Of a DNA stretch of 64,000 nucleotides, positions 32,372-42,626 are shown one piece after another. The DNA comes from an uncultured Aliarcobacter sp. (lineage in GTDB: Bacteria > Campylobacterota > Campylobacteria > Campylobacterales > Arcobacteraceae): positions 192,001 through 256,000 of the forward strand of contig CAXXLV010000001.1 in assembly GCA_963664305.2 (NCBI GenBank). The letters are read 5' to 3'. The notes under the pieces were generated by a model, which had not been told where the DNA came from, searched no databases, and worked only from the letters and a program-made list of their open reading frames with translations. The position numbers and the translations under genes are program-made. Every line of letters begins with the position of its first letter. The stretch's first letter is position 1.

Positions 32372-33211
32372 ATGAATTTATTAGAAGATTTAAAAGACTA
32401 TTTAGGCTTTGCTGTAGCAGGTAATTTTGCAAATCACTTAGGTGAAGCAGGAGAAGCTGATGAATTTTCTGTAATAAAAACAAAAGAAAAAGATGCACCA
32501 AAGGGGATGTTCCCTTTTTATATAAAAGGACATAATAGTTTTTTAGGAACTTATCCAATTTGTGATGAAATTATCTTAACTCATGGTAGAGAAAATGATA
32601 ATTTACAAGTTGAAGCTGAAGTTGCATTAATCTGCGATTTTATTTATGAAAATGATAAAGTTATTGATATAGTACCAAAATATTTTTCAGCATTTAATGA
32701 CTGTTCAATTAGAATTCAAGATGGAAATAAACTTAGTACTAAAAAGAATTGGGGAACGAATACAAAAGGAATTTCTCAAGATATTATCGAAATTGATAAT
32801 TTCTCACCAAAAGGTGTTTTAAGTAAATATCATATTTCATCATTTATAAAAAGAGATGGTATTGTTTATGATTATGGAACTACAAGTGCCGTAAAATCAT
32901 ATAGCTACTTCTTTGAACAATTAAAAGATTGGATGATTGATATTTTAAATACTCAAGAAGATTGTGGACCACTTGAAGAATTAACACAATTCTTAAAAGT
33001 TGCAGCTAAAGATTCAAAAGGTATTTTAATAGCAGCAGGTGCAACAGCATATACAGAGTTTGGAAAACATAACTTTCTAAAAAAAGGTGATGAGATTTTT
33101 GTTTATGTTTATAATGCACACGCACATAGTTTTAACGATATTATGAATGATATGTGTGGAATGGATACTTATTTAGGTCAGTGTTCAAAACTTCATCAAA
33201 TAGTTCAATAA
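32372..33211 (+). CDS. DUF5718-type protein with fumarylacetoacetate-hydrolase (FAH) superfamily motifs
   Basis: VAGNFANH...E, QVEAEVAL, AFNDCSIR, KKNW, AGAT, FLKKGD.I. Confidence 0.65.
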   Translation: MNLLEDLKDYLGFAVAGNFANHLGEAGEADEFSVIKTKEKDAPKGMFPFYIKGHNSFLGTYPICDEIILTHGRENDNLQVEAEVALICDFIYENDKVIDIVPKYFSAFNDCSIRIQDGNKLSTKKNWGTNTKGISQDIIEIDNFSPKGVLSKYHISSFIKRDGIVYDYGTTSAVKSYSYFFEQLKDWMIDILNTQEDCGPLEELTQFLKVAAKDSKGILIAAGATAYTEFGKHNFLKKGDEIFVYVYNAHAHSFNDIMNDMCGMDTYLGQCSKLHQIVQ

Positions 33212-33235
33212 AAGATAGATTTTCTATCTTTTATT
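33207..33235. terminator. Bidirectional terminator overlapping both stop codons
   Basis: aataaaagataga-ttt-tctatcttttatt perfect 13-bp stem. Confidence 0.75.
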
Positions 33236-36145
33236 AAGTTTAGACTCAATATATAAAACATCATTTAAACTATCAAATACTTTTATAGTTCCCTCTTCTA
33301 TTTCACTTGCTGTTTTTCTTAGGTGTTGATTTTCTATTTTATTTGCATTACTAGTTACATACTCTTGAACTTTTTTATGTACATTTTCATGATTTTGTTT
33401 TAAAGTATTCCACTCTTTCATTTTCGTAAATTCTTCATTTTGTACTTCACAAGAACTAATCCATTTCCCTAAATTACAAGATTTACAATCAACTACTGTA
33501 CAATCTTCATAACTATCTAATGTTTTAAAATAACCCTTTTTAAAATTTATGTGGTCATTTTTATATTTTGATATCTCTTTCATCAAATTAATATTTTCAA
33601 CCATTTCATAATATTTTTCATCAATTTTTGATAGAGATGTAATCTCTAGTAATCTGCTTGAAAGTTTTGAAACTTCACTTGATAATAAATCAATATTTGA
33701 AGCTGTCATTGCATTTTTTTGTGTTGCACTATCTAATCTTGAAATAGTGTCATTTATTTGAATAATTCCTGTTTCTTGCTCTTTACTAAATTGAGTTACA
33801 CTATCTATAATCTCTTTTGTTTGAGAGATTTTTGAACTAAGATTTTCATAACCTTTTATCATATCATCAGCAATAACTTTTCCTTCATTTGATTTTAAAC
33901 TTGCACTTTCAACCAAATTTTTAATCTCTCTTGCTGCATCTGCACTTCTACTTGCTAAGTTTCTAACTTCTGCTGCAACAACAGCAAAACCTTTTCCAGC
34001 TTCACCAGCAGTTGCTGCTTCTACTGCTGCATTTAAAGATAAAATATTTGTTTGGAAAGCAATTTGGTCAATTACAGTTATAGCTTCATTGATTGCTTTA
34101 ACTTTTTCATTTATCTCATCCATTGATAAAGAAGTCTTTTTAGCTGCTTTACTTCCATGTGTAGAAGCATCATTTAATTCATCTGCAATTTGTAACATTT
34201 GATTCATATTTTCATTATTATTTTTAATATTTGCCGTAATTTGTTCAAGTGCAGCTGAACTTTGTTCTAGAGAACTTGCTTGTTCTGTTGATGAAACTGC
34301 TAATTCAGTTGATGAATTTGCTAAAACTTTTGTATTTTTTTCTAAATCATTACCAGCATTTGTTATCATTGCAATTAATTCTGAAGATGATTGACCAAGA
34401 AGAACAGTAGAAGAACAAAGTGTTCCAAAATCTCCGTACATTCCTCTTGTATGAACTTCATCTAATCTAAATTTATAATTTCCTTGAGAATAGTTATTTA
34501 ACAATAAATTTAAACTATCAATTTTTAGTTTAGTTCTATTTATCATTTTATTTATAATTTCAACTAAAGAGGCTAACTCTTTAGATGAAGCTTTTGTTTT
34601 GATAGAATATTCAAAGAAACCATTATTTACTTTTTCCATAATATCAGTAATTTCAATAACAACTTTTTTATCATTTTCCATTATTTGTTCAATTTTTTCA
34701 ACTTGAATGTTCATATTTTGAGTCATTAAAGCAAACTCATCTTTTCCTTCAATTTGATTTAATCTAATTTCATCTTTTTCTCTCATAGAATAAGAGAAGA
34801 ATTCATTTAAATTATCTTGGAATTTTTTAATAGAATTTGAAATTTTATTTGTCATTAATGTAATTACAATAAATAATATTACAAACATAACTACTAATAC
34901 CAATAAGAATAAAATCACTTGATTATCTAATGTTGAAACATTTGATTTAATATCAGTTATCATATCATCAACAATTTGATTTTTTATTTTTTCCAAAGAA
35001 TCTAATCTTTTTGAAGATGATTCTTCCCATTTTAAACTATCTGAACCATAAATATTTTTTGATAAAGTTTCAATTGCTCTTAAAGTTTTTGTATCCATCT
35101 CTTTTGTTTCATTTAATCCACTGTTATCATATGCTTTTGCCATATATGCATCAATAGTTGATTCAATTACATTTAATAACTCTATCTCTTCTTTTGAAAC
35201 ACCTTCTAATCTTTTATATTCTTTTAGTGCTCTTGAAATTTTTGTATGACTTTTTTGAATTTTATTTAAAAGATTTTCATCTTGATTTATCACAAAATCT
35301 TTATAAAAATGAATTAATCCGCCAAATCCAAATGCTTCTTTAATTGAAGATAATAAAACATCTTTTTCTACTTTTGATATTAAAATAGCTCTAAATTTAT
35401 CAACTTCTTTAAAACTCTCTGTTTGAGCTTCGTTTTTTAATAACTCAAGTTCTGCTGCTGTAAGATTTTTTATTAAAACTTCAATATATGCGTTTTGAGA
35501 TGCAACAAAAGATATAAAATCATTATAATTACTATTTGAAATAGAACCTTGTTCAAAAATATTTTTTACAATATTTTTTTCACTGTAAGATTTTTCAATA
35601 ACATTTACTAAAGATACATAAGCTTGAGAAGATTTTGATAACTCTTTACTATTTGAATAAATAAGTAAATCATCAAAAAATGAGATTAAATTTGAACAAT
35701 TTTTATCATAATAACTAACTAACTCACTTATACTGATTTTTAAATCTATTGTTTTTTTTCTATTTTCAGCTAATGCTTCTAAATCTTTTTTATATAGATT
35801 TATTTTTTCTAAAAGATTATTATCATCTTTTATTAATTTAAAACTTTCTACAAAAGTATTTAGTAATTGTAGATTTTCATCACTATTTTTAATTTGAGTT
35901 AATAACTCATCTTTTTTATTTTTACCATAACTATTCAAATACAATATTGATAGTTCTCTTTCTTTTTGAAAACTAGTTAGTAAAGTAGAGATTTTAACAG
36001 TAAACTCTATATAACTAGAAGTTCTCGCCATATTTCTCTCTTTCTCAATTTTTGTTGAGATTAGAATAGAAGATAAAATAAATATTGTAATTAAAGGTAA
36101 AAGCAATATTAATAATATCTTATTTTTTAGTTTTAGATTATTCAT
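33224..36145 (-). CDS. Methyl-accepting chemotaxis protein with NIT-like periplasmic sensor and C-terminal CZB domain
   Basis: TM1, FQKERELS (NIT-like), TM2, hairpin tip [39 protein letters not shown] (DH..FK, CNLGKW, HENVH). Confidence 0.92.
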   Translation of the reverse strand: MNNLKLKNKILLILLLPLITIFILSSILISTKIEKERNMARTSSYIEFTVKISTLLTSFQKERELSILYLNSYGKNKKDELLTQIKNSDENLQLLNTFVESFKLIKDDNNLLEKINLYKKDLEALAENRKKTIDLKISISELVSYYDKNCSNLISFFDDLLIYSNSKELSKSSQAYVSLVNVIEKSYSEKNIVKNIFEQGSISNSNYNDFISFVASQNAYIEVLIKNLTAAELELLKNEAQTESFKEVDKFRAILISKVEKDVLLSSIKEAFGFGGLIHFYKDFVINQDENLLNKIQKSHTKISRALKEYKRLEGVSKEEIELLNVIESTIDAYMAKAYDNSGLNETKEMDTKTLRAIETLSKNIYGSDSLKWEESSSKRLDSLEKIKNQIVDDMITDIKSNVSTLDNQVILFLLVLVVMFVILFIVITLMTNKISNSIKKFQDNLNEFFSYSMREKDEIRLNQIEGKDEFALMTQNMNIQVEKIEQIMENDKKVVIEITDIMEKVNNGFFEYSIKTKASSKELASLVEIINKMINRTKLKIDSLNLLLNNYSQGNYKFRLDEVHTRGMYGDFGTLCSSTVLLGQSSSELIAMITNAGNDLEKNTKVLANSSTELAVSSTEQASSLEQSSAALEQITANIKNNNENMNQMLQIADELNDASTHGSKAAKKTSLSMDEINEKVKAINEAITVIDQIAFQTNILSLNAAVEAATAGEAGKGFAVVAAEVRNLASRSADAAREIKNLVESASLKSNEGKVIADDMIKGYENLSSKISQTKEIIDSVTQFSKEQETGIIQINDTISRLDSATQKNAMTASNIDLLSSEVSKLSSRLLEITSLSKIDEKYYEMVENINLMKEISKYKNDHINFKKGYFKTLDSYEDCTVVDCKSCNLGKWISSCEVQNEEFTKMKEWNTLKQNHENVHKKVQEYVTSNANKIENQHLRKTASEIEEGTIKVFDSLNDVLYIESKLNKR

Positions 36146-36218
36146 TTTTTCTCCAAAAAATTATCTTCTTGGAAATATATTCTTTATTATTTAAATAAAA
36201 GGTTATGTGAATGAAGCT

Positions 36219-36236
36219 TGTAATCAAGCTGTAATC
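36219..36236. promoter_or_regulatory. TGTAATC direct repeat with 11-bp period (candidate OmpR/PhoB-type site)
   Basis: tgtaatc-aagc-tgtaatc in the divergent MCP/mscL intergenic region. Confidence 0.45.
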
Positions 36237-36345
36237 TTTAAATTATTTTGAATTATTTTTTAAAATATTAATTACATTTTGTATTATTTTATTATCAATA
36301 AAGTTCTTTTTATTATAATTTTAAAAAATATAAAAGGATTTAGAA

Positions 36346-36777
36346 ATGCTAAAAGAATTTAGAGATTTTCTTATAAAAGGAAATGTTGTTGATATGGCTG
36401 TAGGATTTATTTTTGGAGCTGCATTCGCAACACTTATAAAATCACTTGTTACAAATGTAATTATGCCTCCAATTGGATTGCTACTTGGAAGAGTTGATTT
36501 TTCACAATTATTCATTTCTTTAGATGGTATTTCGTATGCAACACTTGCCGATTTAGAAAAGGTAGGAGCACCAGCTATTAAAATTGGAGTATTTTTAAAT
36601 GATACAATTTCATTTGTGATTTTAGGTTTTGTGATGTTTATGTTTATAAAATCATATAATAAATTAAAAAAAGAAGAAGTAAAACCAGCACCTACAACAA
36701 AAGTTTGTAGTGACTGTGCTATGGAAATTCCAGTTGCAGCAAAAAAATGTGGACACTGCGGTAATACAGCAGTATAA
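36346..36777 (+). CDS. mscL: Large-conductance mechanosensitive channel with C-terminal zinc ribbon
   Basis: EFRDFL.KGNVVDMAVGFIFGAAF..LI.SLV..VIMPPIG; C-terminal CSDC...AKKCGHC. Confidence 0.95.
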   Translation: MLKEFRDFLIKGNVVDMAVGFIFGAAFATLIKSLVTNVIMPPIGLLLGRVDFSQLFISLDGISYATLADLEKVGAPAIKIGVFLNDTISFVILGFVMFMFIKSYNKLKKEEVKPAPTTKVCSDCAMEIPVAAKKCGHCGNTAV

Positions 36778-36785
36778 AAACTAAA

Positions 36786-36811
36786 AATTAAAAGGCATTT
36801 GCCTTTTAATT
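36786..36811. terminator. Bidirectional terminator
   Basis: aattaaaaggca-tt-tgccttttaatt between convergent mscL and the flavin reductase gene. Confidence 0.8.
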
Positions 36812-37373
36812 ATAAATCTACTAAAGCCTTAAATGTTACTCCACATCTTCCAATGTTTTCAACATTTATATGATTTCTTTCATTAATTCTATCATCTTCA
36901 ATAAATTGATATTTTAATTCTAAAACAACAGGTGTAGTATCTCCTGGAATTTTATAAGTATCATAATATTCACAAAATAATGCACTTTGAGAAGAAGCAA
37001 TCATGGGAGGGAAACCTTCCATTACATTTTTTACTTCAATTTCAAATTTCTCAATTTCACTAACTTCTTTTCCAAGAGGTGTTGCACATTTTTGTACATA
37101 TTCAACATTCTCTTTATTTGCAAAACAAATAGTTGCTTTTTTTGTTTTCAAAATATTTGCTAAACTATCTTTTGGACTTCCATCATCTTTTTTCCCAATT
37201 GCCACAATCAATAGAGCAGGATTTGAAGAAATAGGAATAAAATATGAAAATGGTGCTGCATTTAATACACCTTCATCTTCTGTAACAATCCAAGCTATTG
37301 GTCTTGGAATTACTGTTCCTGACATTATTTTGTATCTATTTAAGTCATCAATATCTTTATAATCTAAAATCAT
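36810..37373 (-). CDS. Flavin reductase-like (DIM6/NTAB) family protein
   Basis: YKIM...VIPRPIAWI.T...NAAPFSYF...KDS..NI. Confidence 0.9.
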   Translation of the reverse strand: MILDYKDIDDLNRYKIMSGTVIPRPIAWIVTEDEGVLNAAPFSYFIPISSNPALLIVAIGKKDDGSPKDSLANILKTKKATICFANKENVEYVQKCATPLGKEVSEIEKFEIEVKNVMEGFPPMIASSQSALFCEYYDTYKIPGDTTPVVLELKYQFIEDDRINERNHINVENIGRCGVTFKALVDL

Positions 37374-37383
37374 CTGTTCCCTT

Positions 37384-37608
37384 TTATATTTTAAATTCTT
37401 GTTCTACATTTTTTGCTATTAACTCACCTTTTAAAGTTAAAAATGAATCGCTAACAAACTCTTCAGTTTTTAGTTTTTTCAATAATTTTTTACCCTCTTT
37501 TAAAGTGAATAATCCTGTATTTTCTAATTTTAAAACTATATCGTTCAAAGATTCATTTGACTCTTTTTTTAAAATTGCTAGTAGTAAAATTTTTTCATTT
37601 ATATCCAT
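37384..37608 (-). CDS. Small hypothetical protein, winged-helix-like
   Basis: 74 aa, coupled to its neighbours; ends in an LT.KG wing-like motif. Confidence 0.6.
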   Translation of the reverse strand: MDINEKILLLAILKKESNESLNDIVLKLENTGLFTLKEGKKLLKKLKTEEFVSDSFLTLKGELIAKNVEQEFKI

Positions 37609-38780
37609 TTTAAAATCCTTGTGTAATAAAAAGCAAAGGCTAAAAAACCAATTCCTAAAAGTATAGTAATTATATCAGTAGAAATTAAACTTGCCATTAA
37701 TCCAATAAACAAAGTTGTAACGACACATGAGAGCATAAAAATCATATCATTATATGAAATCACCCTTCCTATATATTTTTCATCACAATTATTTTGTAAT
37801 AAAGCATAAGTAAATGACCATAAAGTCGTAGTACTAAGCCCAACAATAAATAAAGAGATTAATGAAATATAAAAATTACTTTGTGTTAAACTCCATAAAA
37901 TTATTGATAATCCTTGAAAAACTAATAAATAGTGTAAGTTCTCTTTTGTAACATATTTTGAAATAAACATTGGGCCAAACATAAGTGCAACTGCTCTTAC
38001 TGCATTTGAAAGTCCAATTGCAAGTGGAACAGAAATAATATATTTATACTCATTTTTTGCCAAAATAGTTATCAATGCGTCAAAAGATGTAAGTCCAACA
38101 CTTGAATGTAAAAATATCAAATGAAGTATTAATTTATTGTTTTTTATATAAATAAATCCATCTTTTATTAGTTGAAATATTTTATCTGTTGTTTGGCTAG
38201 CTTTTACAACAAAATCTATTCTAATAAAAACAAATAATGCTATTGCAAAAATTACAGCATCTATAATAAAAGCTGTTTTATGTCCAAAAGAGTTTACAAC
38301 AAATCCACTAACAGCCATTCCAACAGCATAAGTAAATGACCAAATGATTGAATGTATTTCATTTGCCATTTGAAGTGGTTTTCCATTTAAAAGTTTTGCT
38401 AAAAGTGACATCTCTGTTGAAAAAAACATAGAAGCTGCACTCATTCTAATAAATATCAAAATCATCAAAAACCAAATTTGTTCTTTATTATCAATAGTTA
38501 AAAATAAAATTGTCATCAATAACTCTGTTGATAATAAGAAAATCATTAAAGGTTTGATTTTTACCCTATCAATAATTGCCCCAGAAATTGGAGCAATTAA
38601 TATTGCAGGAATAAAATGCATTGCAGTTACTACTGAAATTGCCATTTCAGTTGAGCCAAAATCAACAAGCATTGTATATATTGCTACGTTTGAAAACCAA
38701 GCACCAAAATATGCTATAAATTGAACTAAAGATAAATCTCTTATTATCTTATGTTCACGAAATAATTTACGATAATTCAA
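37599..38780 (-). CDS. MFS transporter
   Basis: About 12 TMs; G.IIDR motif A; LLQ......YIGRV.S. Confidence 0.92.
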   Translation of the reverse strand: MNYRKLFREHKIIRDLSLVQFIAYFGAWFSNVAIYTMLVDFGSTEMAISVVTAMHFIPAILIAPISGAIIDRVKIKPLMIFLLSTELLMTILFLTIDNKEQIWFLMILIFIRMSAASMFFSTEMSLLAKLLNGKPLQMANEIHSIIWSFTYAVGMAVSGFVVNSFGHKTAFIIDAVIFAIALFVFIRIDFVVKASQTTDKIFQLIKDGFIYIKNNKLILHLIFLHSSVGLTSFDALITILAKNEYKYIISVPLAIGLSNAVRAVALMFGPMFISKYVTKENLHYLLVFQGLSIILWSLTQSNFYISLISLFIVGLSTTTLWSFTYALLQNNCDEKYIGRVISYNDMIFMLSCVVTTLFIGLMASLISTDIITILLGIGFLAFAFYYTRILKWI

Positions 38781-40473
38781 TTTCTACTAAGACCTCTTGA
38801 TACATTGCAGAAAATGAACTTTCATCTTCATTTGCAGGTGTTAAATAGTTAGCATTTTTATTTCCTGCAAAAAAGAATGCACAATTTTCTTTTATATCAT
38901 CATCTATTTTTACTATAAATTTTGCACTTCCATATTTTGATGAAATATTTACAATATCACCATCTTTAAACTTTGTAGAAGAATTTAAATAAACAAAATC
39001 ATCTTTTGAGAATTGAGAATTTAATGAATTTTTATTTTTTGCAGTAATAAAATAGAAGTTATTTTGCGTTTTTTCTTTATAAAGTGGTTCAACATCTAAT
39101 TCGTCTAAAAATTCAAATGTTTCAAACTCTTCTAATTTTGGTTTATGATTTTCAAAATAAGAGATTATTTCATCTTCACTTTGAAGTTTTTCAAAACTAA
39201 ATTTTTCTAATAAAAAGTTTGTTAATTCATATTCGCTAATACTATCTTGTGTTTTTTCTTTTACAATTTGAGAAATAGATTTTAATTCATGTCCATAAGA
39301 TAATCTAACATCTCTTTTACTTAAAAATGAAGTTGAAGGAATAATTAAATTTGCATATTCACAAGTCTCATTTAAAGTTGTTCCAAAATATACCACAAAA
39401 CTATTTTGTAAACCTTCTATCACTTTTTTTGTATTTGGATGTGAAACAACTGGATTTGCACCTTGAATAAATACTAAATCAAAAGAAGAAAAATCAACTT
39501 TAGGAATTGAAACTTTTTTATTATTTCCTTTTATTTCAAAAGGTTTTTTATATCCAAAAGCAGAATCACTTAAATACCAAACTCCTCCTGCATCTTTTTT
39601 ATGATATCCCATAAAAGCTGCAAAAGAATCAATACATCTTGTGATTTGAGCTCCTTCAAAATATTTTTGAACTCCAAGCCCTACCATTATTGCAACAGTT
39701 TTATTCTCTATTAAATCAAAAAAGTCATTAACTTGTGAAAGAGGGATTCCAGTTGTTGCTTCATAAGAAACAACTGGTCTTCCCCTTGAAATATCAAAAA
39801 AATCATCTGCATTGTTTCCAAATTCTTCAATAAACTCTTTATCTTCTAAATCTTGCATATGAGCAAATCTTGTAAGTAATAAAGCTAATTCATAATCTGT
39901 TTTTGGATTTATTTGCATATGAATTTTTGATTTCTTTGCTATATCTGTAGAAACTGGGTCAATTGTTACAAAAGTTTTATCTTTTACTAAATTATACATA
40001 TGAGATGAAGTAACACTAAAATTTCTTCCCCAAACAACTATTACATCAGCATTGATAAGTTTTTCTAAAGGAGGATTTATAACATTTGTACGCCCTGCTT
40101 CAATTCCAGCACCACCTCCACCATCACATAAACTACCTCTTGTTAAAGTTGAACCATATAAAGTAAAAAAGTTTTTAGTTACACTTTGCATAACTCCAAT
40201 ATTTCCACTTCCCTTATAAAAAAGTGTTTTTATTGGTGTTGTTTGTTTTAATTTATCAACTAAAATATTTAAAGATTTATCCAATGAAATCTCTTCACCT
40301 TGATAAATTGCTTTTTCTAAATTTTTTTCTTTTAATAAATTTGCAAAATTAACACATAACTTTCCATTTGTAGTTTTATGTTCTTTTGAGCCTTTTATAT
40401 TATCTTCAATTATTTGTCCTTGACATGCATCGTAACAGTCAAGTGGACATGCTACTTTATTATTTGAATTCAA
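38767..40473 (-). CDS. Molybdopterin-dependent oxidoreductase (DMSO-reductase superfamily), compact cytoplasmic form
   Basis: N-terminal CPLDCYDAC...KLC [4Fe-4S] motif, GSLC, VWGRN, TIDP, GANPV.S.P, ET..YA.LI.P, C-terminal dinucleotide-binding domain; no Tat signal. Confidence 0.85.
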   Translation of the reverse strand: MNSNNKVACPLDCYDACQGQIIEDNIKGSKEHKTTNGKLCVNFANLLKEKNLEKAIYQGEEISLDKSLNILVDKLKQTTPIKTLFYKGSGNIGVMQSVTKNFFTLYGSTLTRGSLCDGGGGAGIEAGRTNVINPPLEKLINADVIVVWGRNFSVTSSHMYNLVKDKTFVTIDPVSTDIAKKSKIHMQINPKTDYELALLLTRFAHMQDLEDKEFIEEFGNNADDFFDISRGRPVVSYEATTGIPLSQVNDFFDLIENKTVAIMVGLGVQKYFEGAQITRCIDSFAAFMGYHKKDAGGVWYLSDSAFGYKKPFEIKGNNKKVSIPKVDFSSFDLVFIQGANPVVSHPNTKKVIEGLQNSFVVYFGTTLNETCEYANLIIPSTSFLSKRDVRLSYGHELKSISQIVKEKTQDSISEYELTNFLLEKFSFEKLQSEDEIISYFENHKPKLEEFETFEFLDELDVEPLYKEKTQNNFYFITAKNKNSLNSQFSKDDFVYLNSSTKFKDGDIVNISSKYGSAKFIVKIDDDIKENCAFFFAGNKNANYLTPANEDESSFSAMYQEVLVEIELS

Positions 40474-41167
40474 TTTTTACCAACCTTGAAAATTGTTGAG
40501 CATTTGTTACAATCAATTCAACTTTATATGCTGAAATATTTGTACTATCTGCTACATCATAAATTTTTGATATTTTTATATCACTTTTAATTCCATCTAA
40601 ATATATCTCTTTATTTTTTATCTCTTCAATTTGTGCAATAGGAACAAAAATTTCTAATTTTCCTTTTGATAAATCTTTTGCTTCATAAAGTAAAGTTCCA
40701 GGAGTTACATAATCTCCCTCTTTTACAGCTATATTAAAAACATAATTTGATTTTTCAACCAATTTTTTATTAGAAATCGTATCTTTTAAAGTTTCTATTT
40801 TTATTAGCATATCTGCTTTTGAACTTTCAAGATTTATCACTTTTAATTTTTGTGTATCTTTTTCAAAAGCTGATTTTGATGTTACTTGATTTAATCTATC
40901 ATAATTATTTTGTTCGATTTTTAACATCTCATCAATAAATCTTAATTTATTTTTTGATTGTTCCAACTCTACTTTATCAACATTTGAATCCAATTCTACA
41001 ATAGTTGTATTATTTGCTTGTAAACCTTCTATTTTAGAATTTGAGAAAACAACCTTTCCTGCAGTTGCAGCTTTTACTTGATAACTCTCTATTGGTTCTA
41101 ATTTTGCATAATATTCATTTGCAAAAATAGATGTAATCATAATCATTGATAATAAAAAAACTTTCAT
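40460..41167 (-). CDS. HlyD/RND-type periplasmic adaptor-like protein
   Basis: Signal peptide, helical hairpin, lipoyl half-motif VKEGDYV.PG..L. Confidence 0.75.
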   Translation of the reverse strand: MKVFLLSMIMITSIFANEYYAKLEPIESYQVKAATAGKVVFSNSKIEGLQANNTTIVELDSNVDKVELEQSKNKLRFIDEMLKIEQNNYDRLNQVTSKSAFEKDTQKLKVINLESSKADMLIKIETLKDTISNKKLVEKSNYVFNIAVKEGDYVTPGTLLYEAKDLSKGKLEIFVPIAQIEEIKNKEIYLDGIKSDIKISKIYDVADSTNISAYKVELIVTNAQQFSRLVKIEFK

Positions 41168-41175
41168 ATTTTTCC

Positions 41176-42624
41176 TTATAATTTTAATTGTTTCAAAATA
41201 TTAATAATCTCTTTTTTTAATATTTTGGAATCTTCTTCTTTTTCCAATCTAAAAATCAATTCATCTAATCTGGAGTCAATTTTTAAATATATTGCTAAAA
41301 TTTTGATTAATTCATTTTTGCTTTTTGATTCTTTTACTTTTTTTAATAAAGGATAAGATTCATCTTTATTTTTTCTTTTTGAAGTTATAACATAAAAATA
41401 TAAACTTACTGTTAATAATGAAAAAATAACACCCAAAACAAAATATAATATTTTATCTTCAAGGGAAGTTTTTTCAATTATTTTTACAACTTCCTTTGTT
41501 TCAGTGTTTTTATCTGCTTTTTCTAAAAAACTCTCTTTTACTTTCTCTTCTTCGACTTCAATTTTATAACTTTTAGTTGTCTTAGTTACAACTTTTTCTC
41601 CATTTTTATCAAAATATTCAAAAGTTATACTTGGAATTTCAAAAGATTTATTAGAAACTATAGAAAATGTTTTTTCATAAGTTCCCTCATACTTATCATC
41701 TGAAATATATGTTTTTATTTCTGGTTTATTTTCATAAATTGTTACATCAGATAAAGGAAGTTTAATATCTGAAATGTCATCAAAATTCCCACTTCCTGTT
41801 ATTTTTAATTTATAAGAAACTGCTTCCCCTGATTTGATTTTTTCTTTATCAATTGTTGACTCAATTTCAAAGTCACCTATAATTTTTATATTTTGGGGTA
41901 ACTCTTTTATTTTAAGATTTAGTTCATTTGAATATATATTTATATCTTTTGTTGCAGAAAAATATGATTTGAAACTTTCATCAATCACTTGAGCTTGAAA
42001 TAAAATTGGATTTATAAATAAATTTCCACTTTTTAAAGGTGTCAATAAAAATTTTAATTCTATAACATCAAAATCATTCTCTTCATATTTTTTTGAATCA
42101 TCAATTTGTTTATACCAAAAACCATCAAAATTTGGTTTACTTAAAGATAATCCAACTATTTTTGCATCTTTTTTATGTTTAAAAATAATTTTTAAAATAA
42201 AATTTTCACCAACATAAAACTCATTTTTATCAGTTTTAATACTCAAATCAAAAATATCAGATTTTGTTTTTGAAGCTTTTTCTATAATTATATTTTTTTC
42301 TTTAGTTTTAACTTTTTTCCCATCAACTTCAAATTCTAAAGATGGAAAAATAAAATCTTTTGTTGGAAATAAAGAGTATCTTTTTTTTATAACTTTTGAA
42401 ACTTTTCCATTAATTATATTTGTAGAAACTGAACTAGAAATCTCTTGTACAAGATTACCATCAATTGAAGATAAATCAGGAAATTTTATCTCTTCTGCTG
42501 AAATTTCAATAGTAAAAACTAAAGGTTCACCCAAAGTAACTTTTTCATTTACATATAAATTTACACTAGCAAAAAGTGATATTACAAAAAACTGAAATAA
42601 AAAAAATATTTTAATAAGTTTCAT
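41176..42624 (-). CDS. BatD family protein
   Basis: Signal peptide, repeated Ig-like blocks (IING, YVGE, PLKSG, IGDF.I, GE.VS..L.I.G.GN), C-terminal TM. Confidence 0.8.
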   Translation of the reverse strand: MKLIKIFFLFQFFVISLFASVNLYVNEKVTLGEPLVFTIEISAEEIKFPDLSSIDGNLVQEISSSVSTNIINGKVSKVIKKRYSLFPTKDFIFPSLEFEVDGKKVKTKEKNIIIEKASKTKSDIFDLSIKTDKNEFYVGENFILKIIFKHKKDAKIVGLSLSKPNFDGFWYKQIDDSKKYEENDFDVIELKFLLTPLKSGNLFINPILFQAQVIDESFKSYFSATKDINIYSNELNLKIKELPQNIKIIGDFEIESTIDKEKIKSGEAVSYKLKITGSGNFDDISDIKLPLSDVTIYENKPEIKTYISDDKYEGTYEKTFSIVSNKSFEIPSITFEYFDKNGEKVVTKTTKSYKIEVEEEKVKESFLEKADKNTETKEVVKIIEKTSLEDKILYFVLGVIFSLLTVSLYFYVITSKRKNKDESYPLLKKVKESKSKNELIKILAIYLKIDSRLDELIFRLEKEEDSKILKKEIINILKQLKL

Positions 42625-42626
42625 TT

